A stretch of DNA of 64,000 nt, taken from Dehalococcoidia bacterium (GTDB lineage Bacteria; Chloroflexota; Dehalococcoidia; UBA2979). Both the position numbers and the translations under genes were made by a program. The stretch spans positions 238,097-302,096 of the forward strand of contig JAWLHV010000004.1 in assembly GCA_041690175.1 (NCBI GenBank), given 5' to 3'. This document shows positions 52,737 to 62,243 of this stretch, piece by piece. The notes beneath the pieces were generated by a model. That model had not been told where the DNA came from, made no database searches, and saw only the letters and a list, made by a program, of their open reading frames with translations. Every line of letters starts with the position of its first letter. The first letter of the stretch is position 1.

Positions 52737-54707
52737 ATGCGCGCCAGGGCTGGGGGCCCGGACGTGTCCGGGCTGGCGGGGTGGTTTGCCCGTGCCTCCG
52801 GGCCGGCGCTGCTGGCCGTTACCGCCCTCCTCTATTTCGCGGTAGCGCAGTTCGTCCTGCTGCTCAATGACCCGCTGAACGTGGGAGCGGTCTTCTGGCC
52901 GGCTGCCGGCGTCACCGTGGCGATCCTGCTGCTCAGCCCCACCCGCAGGTGGGCCTGGCCACTCGCCGGGATCGTGGTGGCGGAGGTGGTGGTGGACGTT
53001 TCCCGCGGCTACCCCACCATGGCGATCCCTTGGTGGACGGCCGGCAACGTCCTGGACCCGCTCGTGGGTGCCTGGCTCGTGCGGCGCTTCGCGTCCCCTC
53101 GAGGCGAGTTGTTGCCCCTCAAGAACCTGTTCGCCTTCATCGCCCTCGCGGTGATCGTTGCGCCGCTCATCGGCGCCTCGGTGGGCTCGGTGGGCACCGT
53201 GGCTCATGGGGACCTGGGCTGGTCGCAGGTGTGGCCGAAGTACGTGGTGGGCGACGCGCTGGGCGTGCTGGTGGTGGCGCCCGTGCTGCTGACGCTCCGC
53301 GAGCCGCCCTTCCGTCGAGGCTTCATGGAGTGGCTCGCCGTCGGCGGCGGTCTGGTCGCGACTTCGTTTGCGATCCTGCGGAACTGGCCCGGGTCACTGG
53401 AACTGGTGTCGCCGTACTTCATCATCCCGTTCCTGATCTGGGCGGCGCTGCGCTTCGGGATCAGTGGCAGCGCCTGGTTCATCTTCTTCGTCGCCCAGGT
53501 CATGAATGTGATCACGGCGTACGGGGAGGGCGCGTTCGTGGACCTGGCGGCTTCACCCGCGGAAGCGGTGACGCTCTTGCAGATCTTCCTGCTGATCGCC
53601 GCGTCCTCCACGTTCATCCTGGCCGCGCTCGCGAACCAGTTGGCGGACCGCGACCAGGTTCAGCGCCTCCTGCATGACCTGGCGGACTCGATGCCCCAGT
53701 TGGTCTGGGTGGCGAACGCGGACGGCCGCGTGGAGTACTACAACCGCCGGGGCCAGACGTACTCCGGGCTGGGCAACCCGAACGTCCCGCCCATTCGATG
53801 GCGCCCCAGCCTGCACCCGGACGACCTGGAGGACACGCGCGCGGCCTGGCGGGCGGCCGTGCAGACGGGCGCGGTCTACGAGTGCGAACACCGCGTCCGC
53901 CTGGTGGACGGCTCCTATCGCTGGCACCTCAGCCGCGCGGAACGCGTGGAGACCATGGAAGGCGTGCAGTGGTACGGCACGTCCACGGACATCCATGACC
54001 TGAAGACGGCGGACGAACTGAAGGACCAGTTCATTGCCATCGCCTCCCACGAACTGCGCAACCCGGTAGGGGCTATCCATGGGCTGGCGCAGCAGTTGCA
54101 GCGCGCCCGGAGTCGAGGCCGGCTGACCACGGAGCGGCTGGATGCGTACGTGGGGTCGCTGCTGGGGAGCACCACCTACCTTGCGCGCCTCACGCGCGAC
54201 CTGATGGACGTCTCCCGTCTGCAGCGCGGGGCGATGCCACTCCAGCAGGAGGCCACGGACCTCGACAGCCTGATTGCGGCCACTGTGTCCTCGGAGGACT
54301 GGCCATCCGGGTGGGTGCGGTACGTGTCCCCCGGCGACCTGGGAACCGTGTACGTGGACCCCGCGCGGCTTCGGCAGGTGCTTTCCAACCTGATCGACAA
54401 CGCCCTGAAGTATTCCCCGGAGTCCGAGCCCGTGACCGTGCAGGCGCGCACGGAGGGCGACGGCGTGCTGATCGAGGTGGTGGACCGGGGCATCGGCCTG
54501 CCGCCGGACTCGTTGGATCGGATATTCGAGCCTTTCGGCCGTGCGGAGAACACCGGATCGATCCCAGGACTGGGGATGGGGCTGTACGTTGCGCGGGAGA
54601 TCTCCGAGCGCCACGGCGGCTACTTGAGGGCGACCAGCCCCGGCGAGGGGCAGGGCACCACGCTGCACCTCTGGTTGCCGGCGCGGCCCCCGGAGCAAGC
54701 CGGGTGA
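52737..54707 (+). CDS. MASE1-PAS sensor histidine kinase
   Basis: FWPAAG and GDALG (MASE1), LHPDD/DGSYRW (PAS), SHELRNP, NLIDNALKYS, GLGMGL. Confidence 0.92.
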   Translation: MRARAGGPDVSGLAGWFARASGPALLAVTALLYFAVAQFVLLLNDPLNVGAVFWPAAGVTVAILLLSPTRRWAWPLAGIVVAEVVVDVSRGYPTMAIPWWTAGNVLDPLVGAWLVRRFASPRGELLPLKNLFAFIALAVIVAPLIGASVGSVGTVAHGDLGWSQVWPKYVVGDALGVLVVAPVLLTLREPPFRRGFMEWLAVGGGLVATSFAILRNWPGSLELVSPYFIIPFLIWAALRFGISGSAWFIFFVAQVMNVITAYGEGAFVDLAASPAEAVTLLQIFLLIAASSTFILAALANQLADRDQVQRLLHDLADSMPQLVWVANADGRVEYYNRRGQTYSGLGNPNVPPIRWRPSLHPDDLEDTRAAWRAAVQTGAVYECEHRVRLVDGSYRWHLSRAERVETMEGVQWYGTSTDIHDLKTADELKDQFIAIASHELRNPVGAIHGLAQQLQRARSRGRLTTERLDAYVGSLLGSTTYLARLTRDLMDVSRLQRGAMPLQQEATDLDSLIAATVSSEDWPSGWVRYVSPGDLGTVYVDPARLRQVLSNLIDNALKYSPESEPVTVQARTEGDGVLIEVVDRGIGLPPDSLDRIFEPFGRAENTGSIPGLGMGLYVAREISERHGGYLRATSPGEGQGTTLHLWLPARPPEQAG

Positions 54708-54800
54708 CCGGCCCGGGCGACGCTCGACGTCACGAGCGCGGCGTGGTGAAGATGGGGCAGACGCGCACAACCCGGGCGACTGCCTGCTGAGGAGTGTTCC

Positions 54801-55517
54801 ATGAGCGACGAAGTGCCGGTGCGGATCGAACGCTACGGGGACCGAGGAGAGATTGTCCTGGACCGCCCCGACCGGCGGAACTCTCTCACCGGCCCGCTGG
54901 CGGTCGCGCTGCGCGAGGCCATCGAGGAGTTGTCCGCCGACGATGCCGTGAAGGTGATCCTCATCCGTGGCGAGGGCGGCACCTTCTGCGCCGGCCTGGA
55001 CCTGAAGCACTTCCGCGCCGATCCGCCGCCCGAATGGGTGGCGCGCTTCTCCGATCTGTGGGCGGACGTTCACACGGCGCTCTTCGCCTGCCCCAAGCCC
55101 ACGGTGGGCGCTCTGGAGCAGGCCGCGATTGCCGCGGGCTCCGCGCTGGCACTGGCCTGCGACTTCCTGGTGGTAGGCGAGACCGCGCGCCTGCACGCGG
55201 CCGAGGCGCAGATCGGCATGAACGCGCCTGTGAACCTGGTGTGGGCGGACTGGAAGTGGGGGCCGGGCATGGCCACGCGGCTCGTCCTCGCAGGCCATCC
55301 GCACACGGGCGAGGAACTGGTGCGCATGGGCCTGGCGGTGGCGTCCGTCCCGGACGCTTCCACCGTGGAGGAGGCCCGCGCCTTCGCGGACCGCCTCGCG
55401 GAGAACAGCGGCCCGGCGATGCGCGCGATCAAGCAGACGATCCGCGACCTGGGCGGCGTGGAGGACTTCCGCGCCCGGCTGCGCTCCGCTCAGGGAGGGC
55501 AGCGGCGGGGGCCGTAG
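54801..55517 (+). CDS. Enoyl-CoA hydratase/isomerase family
   Basis: LDRPDRRNSL, FCAGLDL, GSALALACDF; GAGGAG RBS. Confidence 0.88.
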   Translation: MSDEVPVRIERYGDRGEIVLDRPDRRNSLTGPLAVALREAIEELSADDAVKVILIRGEGGTFCAGLDLKHFRADPPPEWVARFSDLWADVHTALFACPKPTVGALEQAAIAAGSALALACDFLVVGETARLHAAEAQIGMNAPVNLVWADWKWGPGMATRLVLAGHPHTGEELVRMGLAVASVPDASTVEEARAFADRLAENSGPAMRAIKQTIRDLGGVEDFRARLRSAQGGQRRGP

Positions 55518-55530
55518 CTCGGGGCTCCCG

Positions 55531-56103
55531 CTAGGAGGTCATCCCCGCCAGCCCCACCAGGGCGCGGCCGTGTTCGATCTCACCCATGTGGCGCAGGCCG
55601 TGCTGGTAGACGAAGCACTCCAGCACTTCCAGTTTGCGGACGGGGCCGTCCCCCACCACCAGCGCGCAGTAGATCTGGCGCATGTTCTCCGGCAGTTGCG
55701 GGATGACCACTTCCTCCAGCAACTCCCGGTCGGCGCGCGCCAGCGCCTCCTCGGTGCGCTCGATCACGCGTGACTGGTACTCCCGGTAGGCGTCCCAGTC
55801 CTGGACGCGGATCTGCTCCATCTCCTCCACGGTCTCCTCGCGGCCGCCCTTGTCGATGTTCACGCCGATTCGCCCCGCCCAGTCCTCCGAGCCCCACAGC
55901 CGGGGCAGGCCCATGATCTGCCGGGAGACGGAGGCGTCCTGGATCTTCATGAAGTGGAGGAACGAGAACGCGATGGGCAGGACGCCCGCGCGCTCATGAT
56001 GGTTCACGTGCTCCACGGTCAGGTCTTCCGCGGCCCACTGGTAGAGCGTGTTCATGGCGCGGATGCGGTTCCGCAGCGAGTCCAGCCACATGTCGTCAGA
56101 CAT
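55531..56103 (-). CDS. DinB-superfamily protein
   Basis: IAFSFLH and C-terminal HGLRHMGEI metal triad; GGAGGA RBS. Confidence 0.75.
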   Translation of the reverse strand: MSDDMWLDSLRNRIRAMNTLYQWAAEDLTVEHVNHHERAGVLPIAFSFLHFMKIQDASVSRQIMGLPRLWGSEDWAGRIGVNIDKGGREETVEEMEQIRVQDWDAYREYQSRVIERTEEALARADRELLEEVVIPQLPENMRQIYCALVVGDGPVRKLEVLECFVYQHGLRHMGEIEHGRALVGLAGMTS

Positions 56104-56116
56104 CAACGTTCCTCCC

Positions 56117-56896
56117 CTAGTCGCCCGTCCACTGCGGCTTGCGGCGCTCCACGAACGCGCGCGGGCCCTCGCGGGCGTCATTGCTTGCCCGACGACGGCG
56201 CTCCAGTTCGGTCTCGGTCCCGGCGACATCCGGGAGGGCGGCGTGCAGACCGAGCATGGCGGCCTGCTTGGTCGCCTGCACGGACAGTGGCGCGCACTCC
56301 AGGATGTCCGCTACCCAGCGCCCGACGGCCTCGTCCAGGTCAGCGTAGGGCACCACCTCGTTCACCAGTCCCAGTTCGTACGCCCGCTGCGCGGAGAACC
56401 GTCGCCCGGTGAGGAGGTAGCCCATGGCCGCCTTCAGGGGCGCCTGGCGGGGGAGGCGGTGGATGCCCAGCGAGCCGGCCACCAGGCCGCGTCGGGGCTC
56501 CGGCAGGCCGAACTCTGCGTGCTCCGCGGCTACGATGATGTCGCACGCGAGCGCCATCTCGAAGCCGCCGCCGAGCGCGAAGCCGTTGACGCGTGCGATC
56601 ACCGGCTTCCACAGGTCAAAGCGATGCGTCAGGCCACCACCGCCCGTGGGCGGTCGCCGCTGGCCGGCTGCGGTGTCCGCCGCGAGCGCCTTCAGGTCAC
56701 GCCCGGCGCTGAAGGCGCGCTCGCCCTCGCCGGTGAGCACGGCTACGCGGAGGTCCGGGTCGGCGTCGAAGTCGTCCCAGATGCTGGACAGCTCGAAGTG
56801 CGTGCCGCTGTTGAGGGCGTTCAGGACCTCTGGACGATCGATGGTGACGTAGGCGACGTGACCCCGCTTCTCATACCGACAGAACTGCAGGTCCAT
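56117..56896 (-). CDS. Enoyl-CoA hydratase (CaiD-like)
   Basis: FSAGRDLK, GGGFEMALACD, GLPEPRRG (both catalytic Glu present). Confidence 0.93.
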   Translation of the reverse strand: MDLQFCRYEKRGHVAYVTIDRPEVLNALNSGTHFELSSIWDDFDADPDLRVAVLTGEGERAFSAGRDLKALAADTAAGQRRPPTGGGGLTHRFDLWKPVIARVNGFALGGGFEMALACDIIVAAEHAEFGLPEPRRGLVAGSLGIHRLPRQAPLKAAMGYLLTGRRFSAQRAYELGLVNEVVPYADLDEAVGRWVADILECAPLSVQATKQAAMLGLHAALPDVAGTETELERRRRASNDAREGPRAFVERRKPQWTGD

Positions 56897-56912
56897 CTCG
56901 CCCTCCGTGCGC

Positions 56913-57803
56913 TCAGGCGCTGGCTACCTCGGCGCCCGCCAGCGCCGCCAGGTCGTCCGCCACGCGCCTCGCGTGCTCCGCGCCGCCGTGGAAGATCTCA
57001 CGGAAGACCTCCTCCACGCTCACCACGCTGTCGATGAGCGCCGCCACCTGGCCCATCTGGATGCGCTTGTTCTCGCCGAGCACGCGCTCTGCGAACTCCG
57101 GCTTGGAGATGCGCGGGCGGATGCGGCCCTCCGCGGAGGTGGTGGAGGTGTCCTCCGCTGCCACGATCAACTGCGCGTAGTGCTCCGGGAACTCCGCCTC
57201 CTGCGTGGCGACCAGGCGCGTGCCCAGTTGGATGCCGTCCGCGCCCAGCGCCGCGGCGGCCACGTAGCCAAAGCGGTCCGCAATGGCGCCGGCGGCCACC
57301 AGCGGCATGTCCGGCAGCGCTCGGCGGATGGCGGGGATGAGGATCATCATCGCCACCTCGCTCTCGCCCCGGTAGCCGCCGGACTCGATCGGCTCGGCGA
57401 TCACCACGTCCACGCCGGCGGCCTGCGCCTTGCGGGCGTGGTAGACGGTGGGGACCACGTGCGCCACCAGGCAGCCGGCCGCGTGCAGGTGCTCCGTCCA
57501 CGCCCCCGGCGAGCCCGCGGAGGTGACCACCACCGGCACGCGCTCCTCCGTGATCACAGCCATCTTCTCTTGCAGTTGCGGCGCGGGACTGGTCGCCAGC
57601 GGAAAGTTCACGCAGAAGCGCTGGTCGGTCAGTTCCCGCAGCGCGCGGATGTTGGCGCGCAGTTGCTCGGCGATGGTGTTGCCGGACAGGCAGCCCAGCC
57701 CCCCGGCCTCGGAGACTGCGGCGGCCAGCCGAGGCTCACGAGAGATACCGCCCATTACCAGCGGGTATCGGATCGACAGGGCCTCGGTCACTCGGTTCGT
57801 CAC
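56913..57803 (-). CDS. Nitronate monooxygenase/FabK-like flavoprotein
   Basis: LAAAVSEAGGLG, ESGG, LVAAGAI, LGADGIQLGTR. Confidence 0.88.
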   Translation of the reverse strand: MTNRVTEALSIRYPLVMGGISREPRLAAAVSEAGGLGCLSGNTIAEQLRANIRALRELTDQRFCVNFPLATSPAPQLQEKMAVITEERVPVVVTSAGSPGAWTEHLHAAGCLVAHVVPTVYHARKAQAAGVDVVIAEPIESGGYRGESEVAMMILIPAIRRALPDMPLVAAGAIADRFGYVAAAALGADGIQLGTRLVATQEAEFPEHYAQLIVAAEDTSTTSAEGRIRPRISKPEFAERVLGENKRIQMGQVAALIDSVVSVEEVFREIFHGGAEHARRVADDLAALAGAEVASA

Positions 57804-57838
57804 GGTGCATCCTCTCGTCCCCCGGCGTCGCCGGCGGG

Positions 57839-59098
57839 TCAGCGTGCGTTGTCCACCACCGCGCCGGCCGCGGCCAGGCGCTCCACGGTTGCGTCGTCCA
57901 GTCCTGCCTCGCGCAGCACCTCTCGGGTGTGCCGCCCCAACACGGGCGAGGCGTGGTGGGGCTCCAGCGGGGTGTCGCTGAACTTCACGGGTGGGGCCAC
58001 CACGGTCAGGCCGCCCAGCAGGTCATGCTCCTGGCGCACCAGGAAGCCGTTGGCCCACGCCTGCTCGTCCACCAGGATTTCGTCCACGGTCTGGTGGGCC
58101 TGGCAGGGCACGCCGTGGCCTTCGAAGAACGACACCCAGTGCGCGGTGGGCTGCTCGCGCAGGCGCGACGACACCTGCTCGAGGACGCCGTCCAGGTGGC
58201 CCTTCACGTCGTCCGTCTCGAAGGTCGGGTCCGTCACCCAGGCGTCCTCGATGCCGAGCGCCGCCACTACGCGGCGCTGCAGCGGCTTGCTGGCGGCGGC
58301 AATGGCCACCATGCCGTCCGCGGTGCGGAAGAAGCCGTAGTAGGCGCGGGCCACGGCGAAGGGAGAGCGGCGCTGACGTTCCGCCATGATCTCCTCCCAG
58401 GACACGCCGTCCGCCAGCGCCTGCCGCTGCCACGGGATGAACTCCTCCCGCCAGCCGTCGATGACGTCCACGTGGTTCGCCAGGTTGTTCTGCATGACCA
58501 GCGCGGCCTGGAGCAGCGCCACGTCCACGCGCTGGCCTCGGCCGTTGCGCTCGCGGGCGAACAGGGCGCTCGTGACGCCCCAGGCCATGAGCAGGCCGGC
58601 GCCGTAGTCCACCACGGGGTTGACCAGCATCTCCGGGCCGTCGGCGGAAATGTGGGCGATGCCGGAGTACGCCTGGAGCGCGGCGTCCATCCCGGGGACG
58701 GAGGCCAGGGGCCCCAGCCGCCCGAACGCGGTGTTCTCCGCGTAGACCACGCGCGGGTTCACCTTCGCGAGGCTGTCGTAGTCCAGCCCCATCTCCTCCG
58801 CGAGCCCCGGCCGGAAGTTCGCGACGATAACGTCCGCGCGCTCCGCCAGGCGGCGCACCGCCGCCAGCACCTCCGGCTGGTGAAGATCCACCGCGATCGA
58901 GCGCTTGCCGCGGTTCTTGTTGATGAACTGGCGGCCCTCGCCGGGGATGATCGGCCCGTTTAGGCGGGTCTGGTCGCCCTCCAGCGGCTCCACCTTGATC
59001 ACGTCAGCGCCGCCATCGGCCAGCAACTGCGTGCAGTAGGGGGCCGCGATGAAGCGGCCAAACTCCAGCACGCTCACGCCTTCGAACGGTCCGGCCAT
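57839..59098 (-). CDS. Family III CoA transferase
   Basis: GVSVLEF..IAAP, NRGKRS, NFRPG, catalytic Asp in VVDYGAG. Confidence 0.92.
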   Translation of the reverse strand: MAGPFEGVSVLEFGRFIAAPYCTQLLADGGADVIKVEPLEGDQTRLNGPIIPGEGRQFINKNRGKRSIAVDLHQPEVLAAVRRLAERADVIVANFRPGLAEEMGLDYDSLAKVNPRVVYAENTAFGRLGPLASVPGMDAALQAYSGIAHISADGPEMLVNPVVDYGAGLLMAWGVTSALFARERNGRGQRVDVALLQAALVMQNNLANHVDVIDGWREEFIPWQRQALADGVSWEEIMAERQRRSPFAVARAYYGFFRTADGMVAIAAASKPLQRRVVAALGIEDAWVTDPTFETDDVKGHLDGVLEQVSSRLREQPTAHWVSFFEGHGVPCQAHQTVDEILVDEQAWANGFLVRQEHDLLGGLTVVAPPVKFSDTPLEPHHASPVLGRHTREVLREAGLDDATVERLAAAGAVVDNAR

Positions 59099-59149
59099 GT
59101 GCCTCGTCCTGACTCGACGCTACCCGTTGGTGCCGTGGTGCCCGGTGGC

Positions 59150-60322
59150 CTAGCCGCGAGGCAGGCCGAGGCCGCGCGTGGCAATGACGTTGCGCTGTAC
59201 CTCGCTGGAGCCCTGGGCAATGGTGTCCGGGATGGTGTTGATGCAGGCCGGGCCCCAGGAGGTGCGTTCCCACTGGCCGTCCTCGAAGGGGCCCGCCAGC
59301 GTGCCGTACAGGCCGGCCATGCCCACGCCGGCGTGGTGGATCGCCTGGCTGGTCTCGCTGGCCAGCAACTTCACGATCGAGACCTCGTAGTTCGGCACCG
59401 TTCCCGCCGCCTGCATCGACACCACGCGATACGCCAGCAGGCGGGCGACCTCCACGGTCACGGCGAAGCCGGCCACGCGCTGGCGCTGCACCTCCGCGGT
59501 GGCGGAGCCGCCGCCCGCGGACGTGGCGCGCGAGGAGTCCTGCGCGCGCTGCAGGGCGCGGCGCAGCCGCGCGATGCGGGCGATGCCGGCACGCTCGAAG
59601 TCCATGGTGGTGGCGTTGACGTACCAGCCACGGTTCTCGTCGCCGATGACCCGGTCCGCGGGGACGCGGACGTCCTCCATGAACACGCGGTTGAAGTGGT
59701 GCCGCCCCTGCATGTCGATGAGCGGCTGCACCTGAACGCCGGGGGCCTTCAGCGGAAGCACCAGCATGGAGATCCCTCGGTGCTTGGGGGCGGTGGGGTC
59801 GGTGCGGACGACGGTCCACAGCAGGTCGGAGTAGTGGGCGCCGGAGGTGAAGCGCTTCTCGCCGGAGACCACCCAGTCGTCACCGTCGCGGACGGCGCGC
59901 GTGGACACGGCGGCCAGGTCAGAGCCGGCGTCCGGTTCGGAGAGGCCCATGGCGAAGGAGATGTCCCCGCGGGCGATCTGCGGGAGGTACTCCTGCTTCT
60001 GCTGGTCCGTCCCGAAGATCATGATGGTGGGGCCCACCTGCTGGACCGCGCGGCGGTGGTGCTCCTGCGGGGCGTCCGCCAGCGCCATCTCCTCCATGTA
60101 GATCGCCTGCTCCGTCACGCCGAGGCCGCGGCCGCCGTACGCCTCCGGCCAGGCGACGGCCAGCCAGCCGCGCTCCGCGGCGGCCCGGCTGAACTCCGGG
60201 GACCACCCGGCTTCCCGCGTGGAGCGGTGGCGCTCCCAGAACTCGGGTGTGAGCGTCTGGTCCAGGAACTCCCGCACCTCCTGGCGGAACTGCTCCTGGT
60301 CCGGGGTAAATCGAAAATCCAC
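59150..60322 (-). CDS. Acyl-CoA dehydrogenase
   Basis: LSEPDAGSDL, GEKRFTS, MDFERA, GSSEVQRN. Confidence 0.94.
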   Translation of the reverse strand: MDFRFTPDQEQFRQEVREFLDQTLTPEFWERHRSTREAGWSPEFSRAAAERGWLAVAWPEAYGGRGLGVTEQAIYMEEMALADAPQEHHRRAVQQVGPTIMIFGTDQQKQEYLPQIARGDISFAMGLSEPDAGSDLAAVSTRAVRDGDDWVVSGEKRFTSGAHYSDLLWTVVRTDPTAPKHRGISMLVLPLKAPGVQVQPLIDMQGRHHFNRVFMEDVRVPADRVIGDENRGWYVNATTMDFERAGIARIARLRRALQRAQDSSRATSAGGGSATAEVQRQRVAGFAVTVEVARLLAYRVVSMQAAGTVPNYEVSIVKLLASETSQAIHHAGVGMAGLYGTLAGPFEDGQWERTSWGPACINTIPDTIAQGSSEVQRNVIATRGLGLPRG

Positions 60323-60324
60323 GG

Positions 60325-61230
60325 CTATGCCTTCCGTCTGACCCAGGGGCTCATCGCCTCGTTGACGGCGTCCGCCAGGAGGTTGAGCGAGAGCAGCAGC
60401 AGGGCCAGGAACGCTCCCGGGAACACCGCCAGCCACCACGCCTCGCGAAGATACGACCGCGAGCCGCTGATCAGCGTCCCCAGCGAGGGCGCGGGCGGCT
60501 GTTGTCCCAGCCCCAGGAAGGACAGGGACGCCTCCAGGATCACGGCAACCGCCATGCTCAGCGCCACCTGCGTCAGGAGCGGCGGCATGGCGTTCATCGC
60601 GATATGGCGGAAGATCAGCCGCACCGGCCCCGCGCCGATCGAGCGCGAGGCCTGCACGTAGTCACGGTGCTTCTCGGACAGCATCTGTGCCCGCGACAGG
60701 CGCGCGAACACGGGGATGTTGTAGATCGCGATGGCAATCGCCACGTTGCGGGCGCTGGGGCCCAGGATCGTGATGACCGCGAGCGCGCTCAGCAGGTTCG
60801 GGAAGGCCAGCATCGCGTCGATGACGCGCATGGCCAGGGCGTCTGCCCAGCGCCCGGCGTAGCCGGTCACGAACCCGACACAGATGCCCACCGTGGCGCC
60901 GCCGGTGACCGCCAGCAGGGCGACCCCGAGCGAGGTGCGCAGCCCGAAGAGCGTGCGGGCGAAGAGGTCCCGGCGCAGGTGGTCGGTGCCAAAGGGGTGC
61001 TCCAGGGAGGGTGAGAGGAAGCGCGAGGCTGCATCCTGCGCGTTCGGCTCGTGCCAGGTGATGACCCCGGCGCCCACCGTGAGGACCACGAGGATGCCCA
61101 GGCCGAGCAGGCCCACCACGCCCTGCGAGTTCCGGAAGAGCCGGTCCAGGATGGTGAGGAAGAGCGACTCGCTGACGCGGGTACGCCAGCGTTCCCGGCG
61201 GGAGAGGTTGGTGACGGCGTGGGCGCTCAT
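60325..61230 (-). CDS. Peptide/nickel-type ABC permease (DppC-like)
   Basis: HPFGTD..RDLFAR, EAA loop YVQASRSIGA, EASLSFLGLG. Confidence 0.93.
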   Translation of the reverse strand: MSAHAVTNLSRRERWRTRVSESLFLTILDRLFRNSQGVVGLLGLGILVVLTVGAGVITWHEPNAQDAASRFLSPSLEHPFGTDHLRRDLFARTLFGLRTSLGVALLAVTGGATVGICVGFVTGYAGRWADALAMRVIDAMLAFPNLLSALAVITILGPSARNVAIAIAIYNIPVFARLSRAQMLSEKHRDYVQASRSIGAGPVRLIFRHIAMNAMPPLLTQVALSMAVAVILEASLSFLGLGQQPPAPSLGTLISGSRSYLREAWWLAVFPGAFLALLLLSLNLLADAVNEAMSPWVRRKA

Positions 61231-62171
61231 GCTCGGCGGATCCGCGGGTCCAGCAGGCCGTACGCGACGTCCGCCGCCAGGTTCACCAGCACGAAGACGA
61301 ACACCAGGACCAGTAGCGTGCCCTGGACGACCGGATAGTCTCGAAAGTGGATGGAGTCGATGATCAGGCGGCCCACCCCGGGGCGGGTGAACACCTGCTC
61401 GATGACCACGGCGCCGGCCAGCACCTGGCCGACCTGCAGCGCGATGATGGTGATGACGGCGATCATCGAGGCGCGCAGGCCATGCCGGACCACCACGGTG
61501 TACTCGCGCAGACCCTTCGCGCGGGCGGTGCGGATGAAGTCCTGGCCCATGGTCTCCTGGATGGACGTTCGGGTGTACCGAGCGAGCCCCGCCGCGAGCC
61601 CGCTTCCCAGCGCCAGCGAGGGCAGGATGAGTTGCTTGAGCGCCGTGGCGGGGTCCTCCATCAGCGGCACTCTGCCGGCCGCGGGAAGCCACCCCAGGCT
61701 GACCGAGAACAGCCAGATGAGCAGGATGCCCAGCAGGAAGTTGGGGATCCCGAGCGTGACCAGGGTGTAGCCGGACAGGCCCCAGTCAAACCAGCCGCGC
61801 GGCCGAATGCCTGCGGCCACCCCCAGCGGGATGCCGATGAGGAGCGCCAGCGGATACGCCACCAACGCGAGTTCCACGGTGGGGGGCAGGGCGTGCCGCA
61901 TCTGCTTCGTCACGGCCTGGCCGGTCTTGAAGGAGGTGCCCAGGTCGCCCTGCAGGGCATCCGTGACCCAGCGCACGTATTGCACGGGGAGGGAGTCGTT
62001 GAGCCCCAGCAGTTCGCGGATCTCCGCCACGCGCTCGGGCGTAGCCTCCTCGCCGGCCAGGGACGCGGCCGGGTCGCCCGGGACCAGGCGAAGCACCATG
62101 AACACCGCGATGCTCGCGATGATCAGGACGGGAATGGCCTGTACGAGGCGCCCCATCAGATAGGACAGCAT
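61227..62171 (-). CDS. Peptide/nickel-type ABC permease (DppB-like)
   Basis: LVPGDPA, GDLGTS, RTARAKGL, AYGLLDPRIR. Confidence 0.93.
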   Translation of the reverse strand: MLSYLMGRLVQAIPVLIIASIAVFMVLRLVPGDPAASLAGEEATPERVAEIRELLGLNDSLPVQYVRWVTDALQGDLGTSFKTGQAVTKQMRHALPPTVELALVAYPLALLIGIPLGVAAGIRPRGWFDWGLSGYTLVTLGIPNFLLGILLIWLFSVSLGWLPAAGRVPLMEDPATALKQLILPSLALGSGLAAGLARYTRTSIQETMGQDFIRTARAKGLREYTVVVRHGLRASMIAVITIIALQVGQVLAGAVVIEQVFTRPGVGRLIIDSIHFRDYPVVQGTLLVLVFVFVLVNLAADVAYGLLDPRIRRA

Positions 62172-62193
62172 GATCGCTTCCCCCCAAACGATC

Positions 62194-62229
62194 GGGCAGG
62201 AGCGGCAGCCAGGGCTGCCGCTCCTGCCC
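62194..62229 (-). promoter_or_regulatory. Perfect 16-bp hairpin between binding-protein and permease genes (mRNA stabiliser or partial terminator)
   Basis: GGGCAGGAGCGGCAGC-CAGG-GCTGCCGCTCCTGCCC. Confidence 0.65.
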
Positions 62230-62243
62230 AGTGAAGCGCCGGA

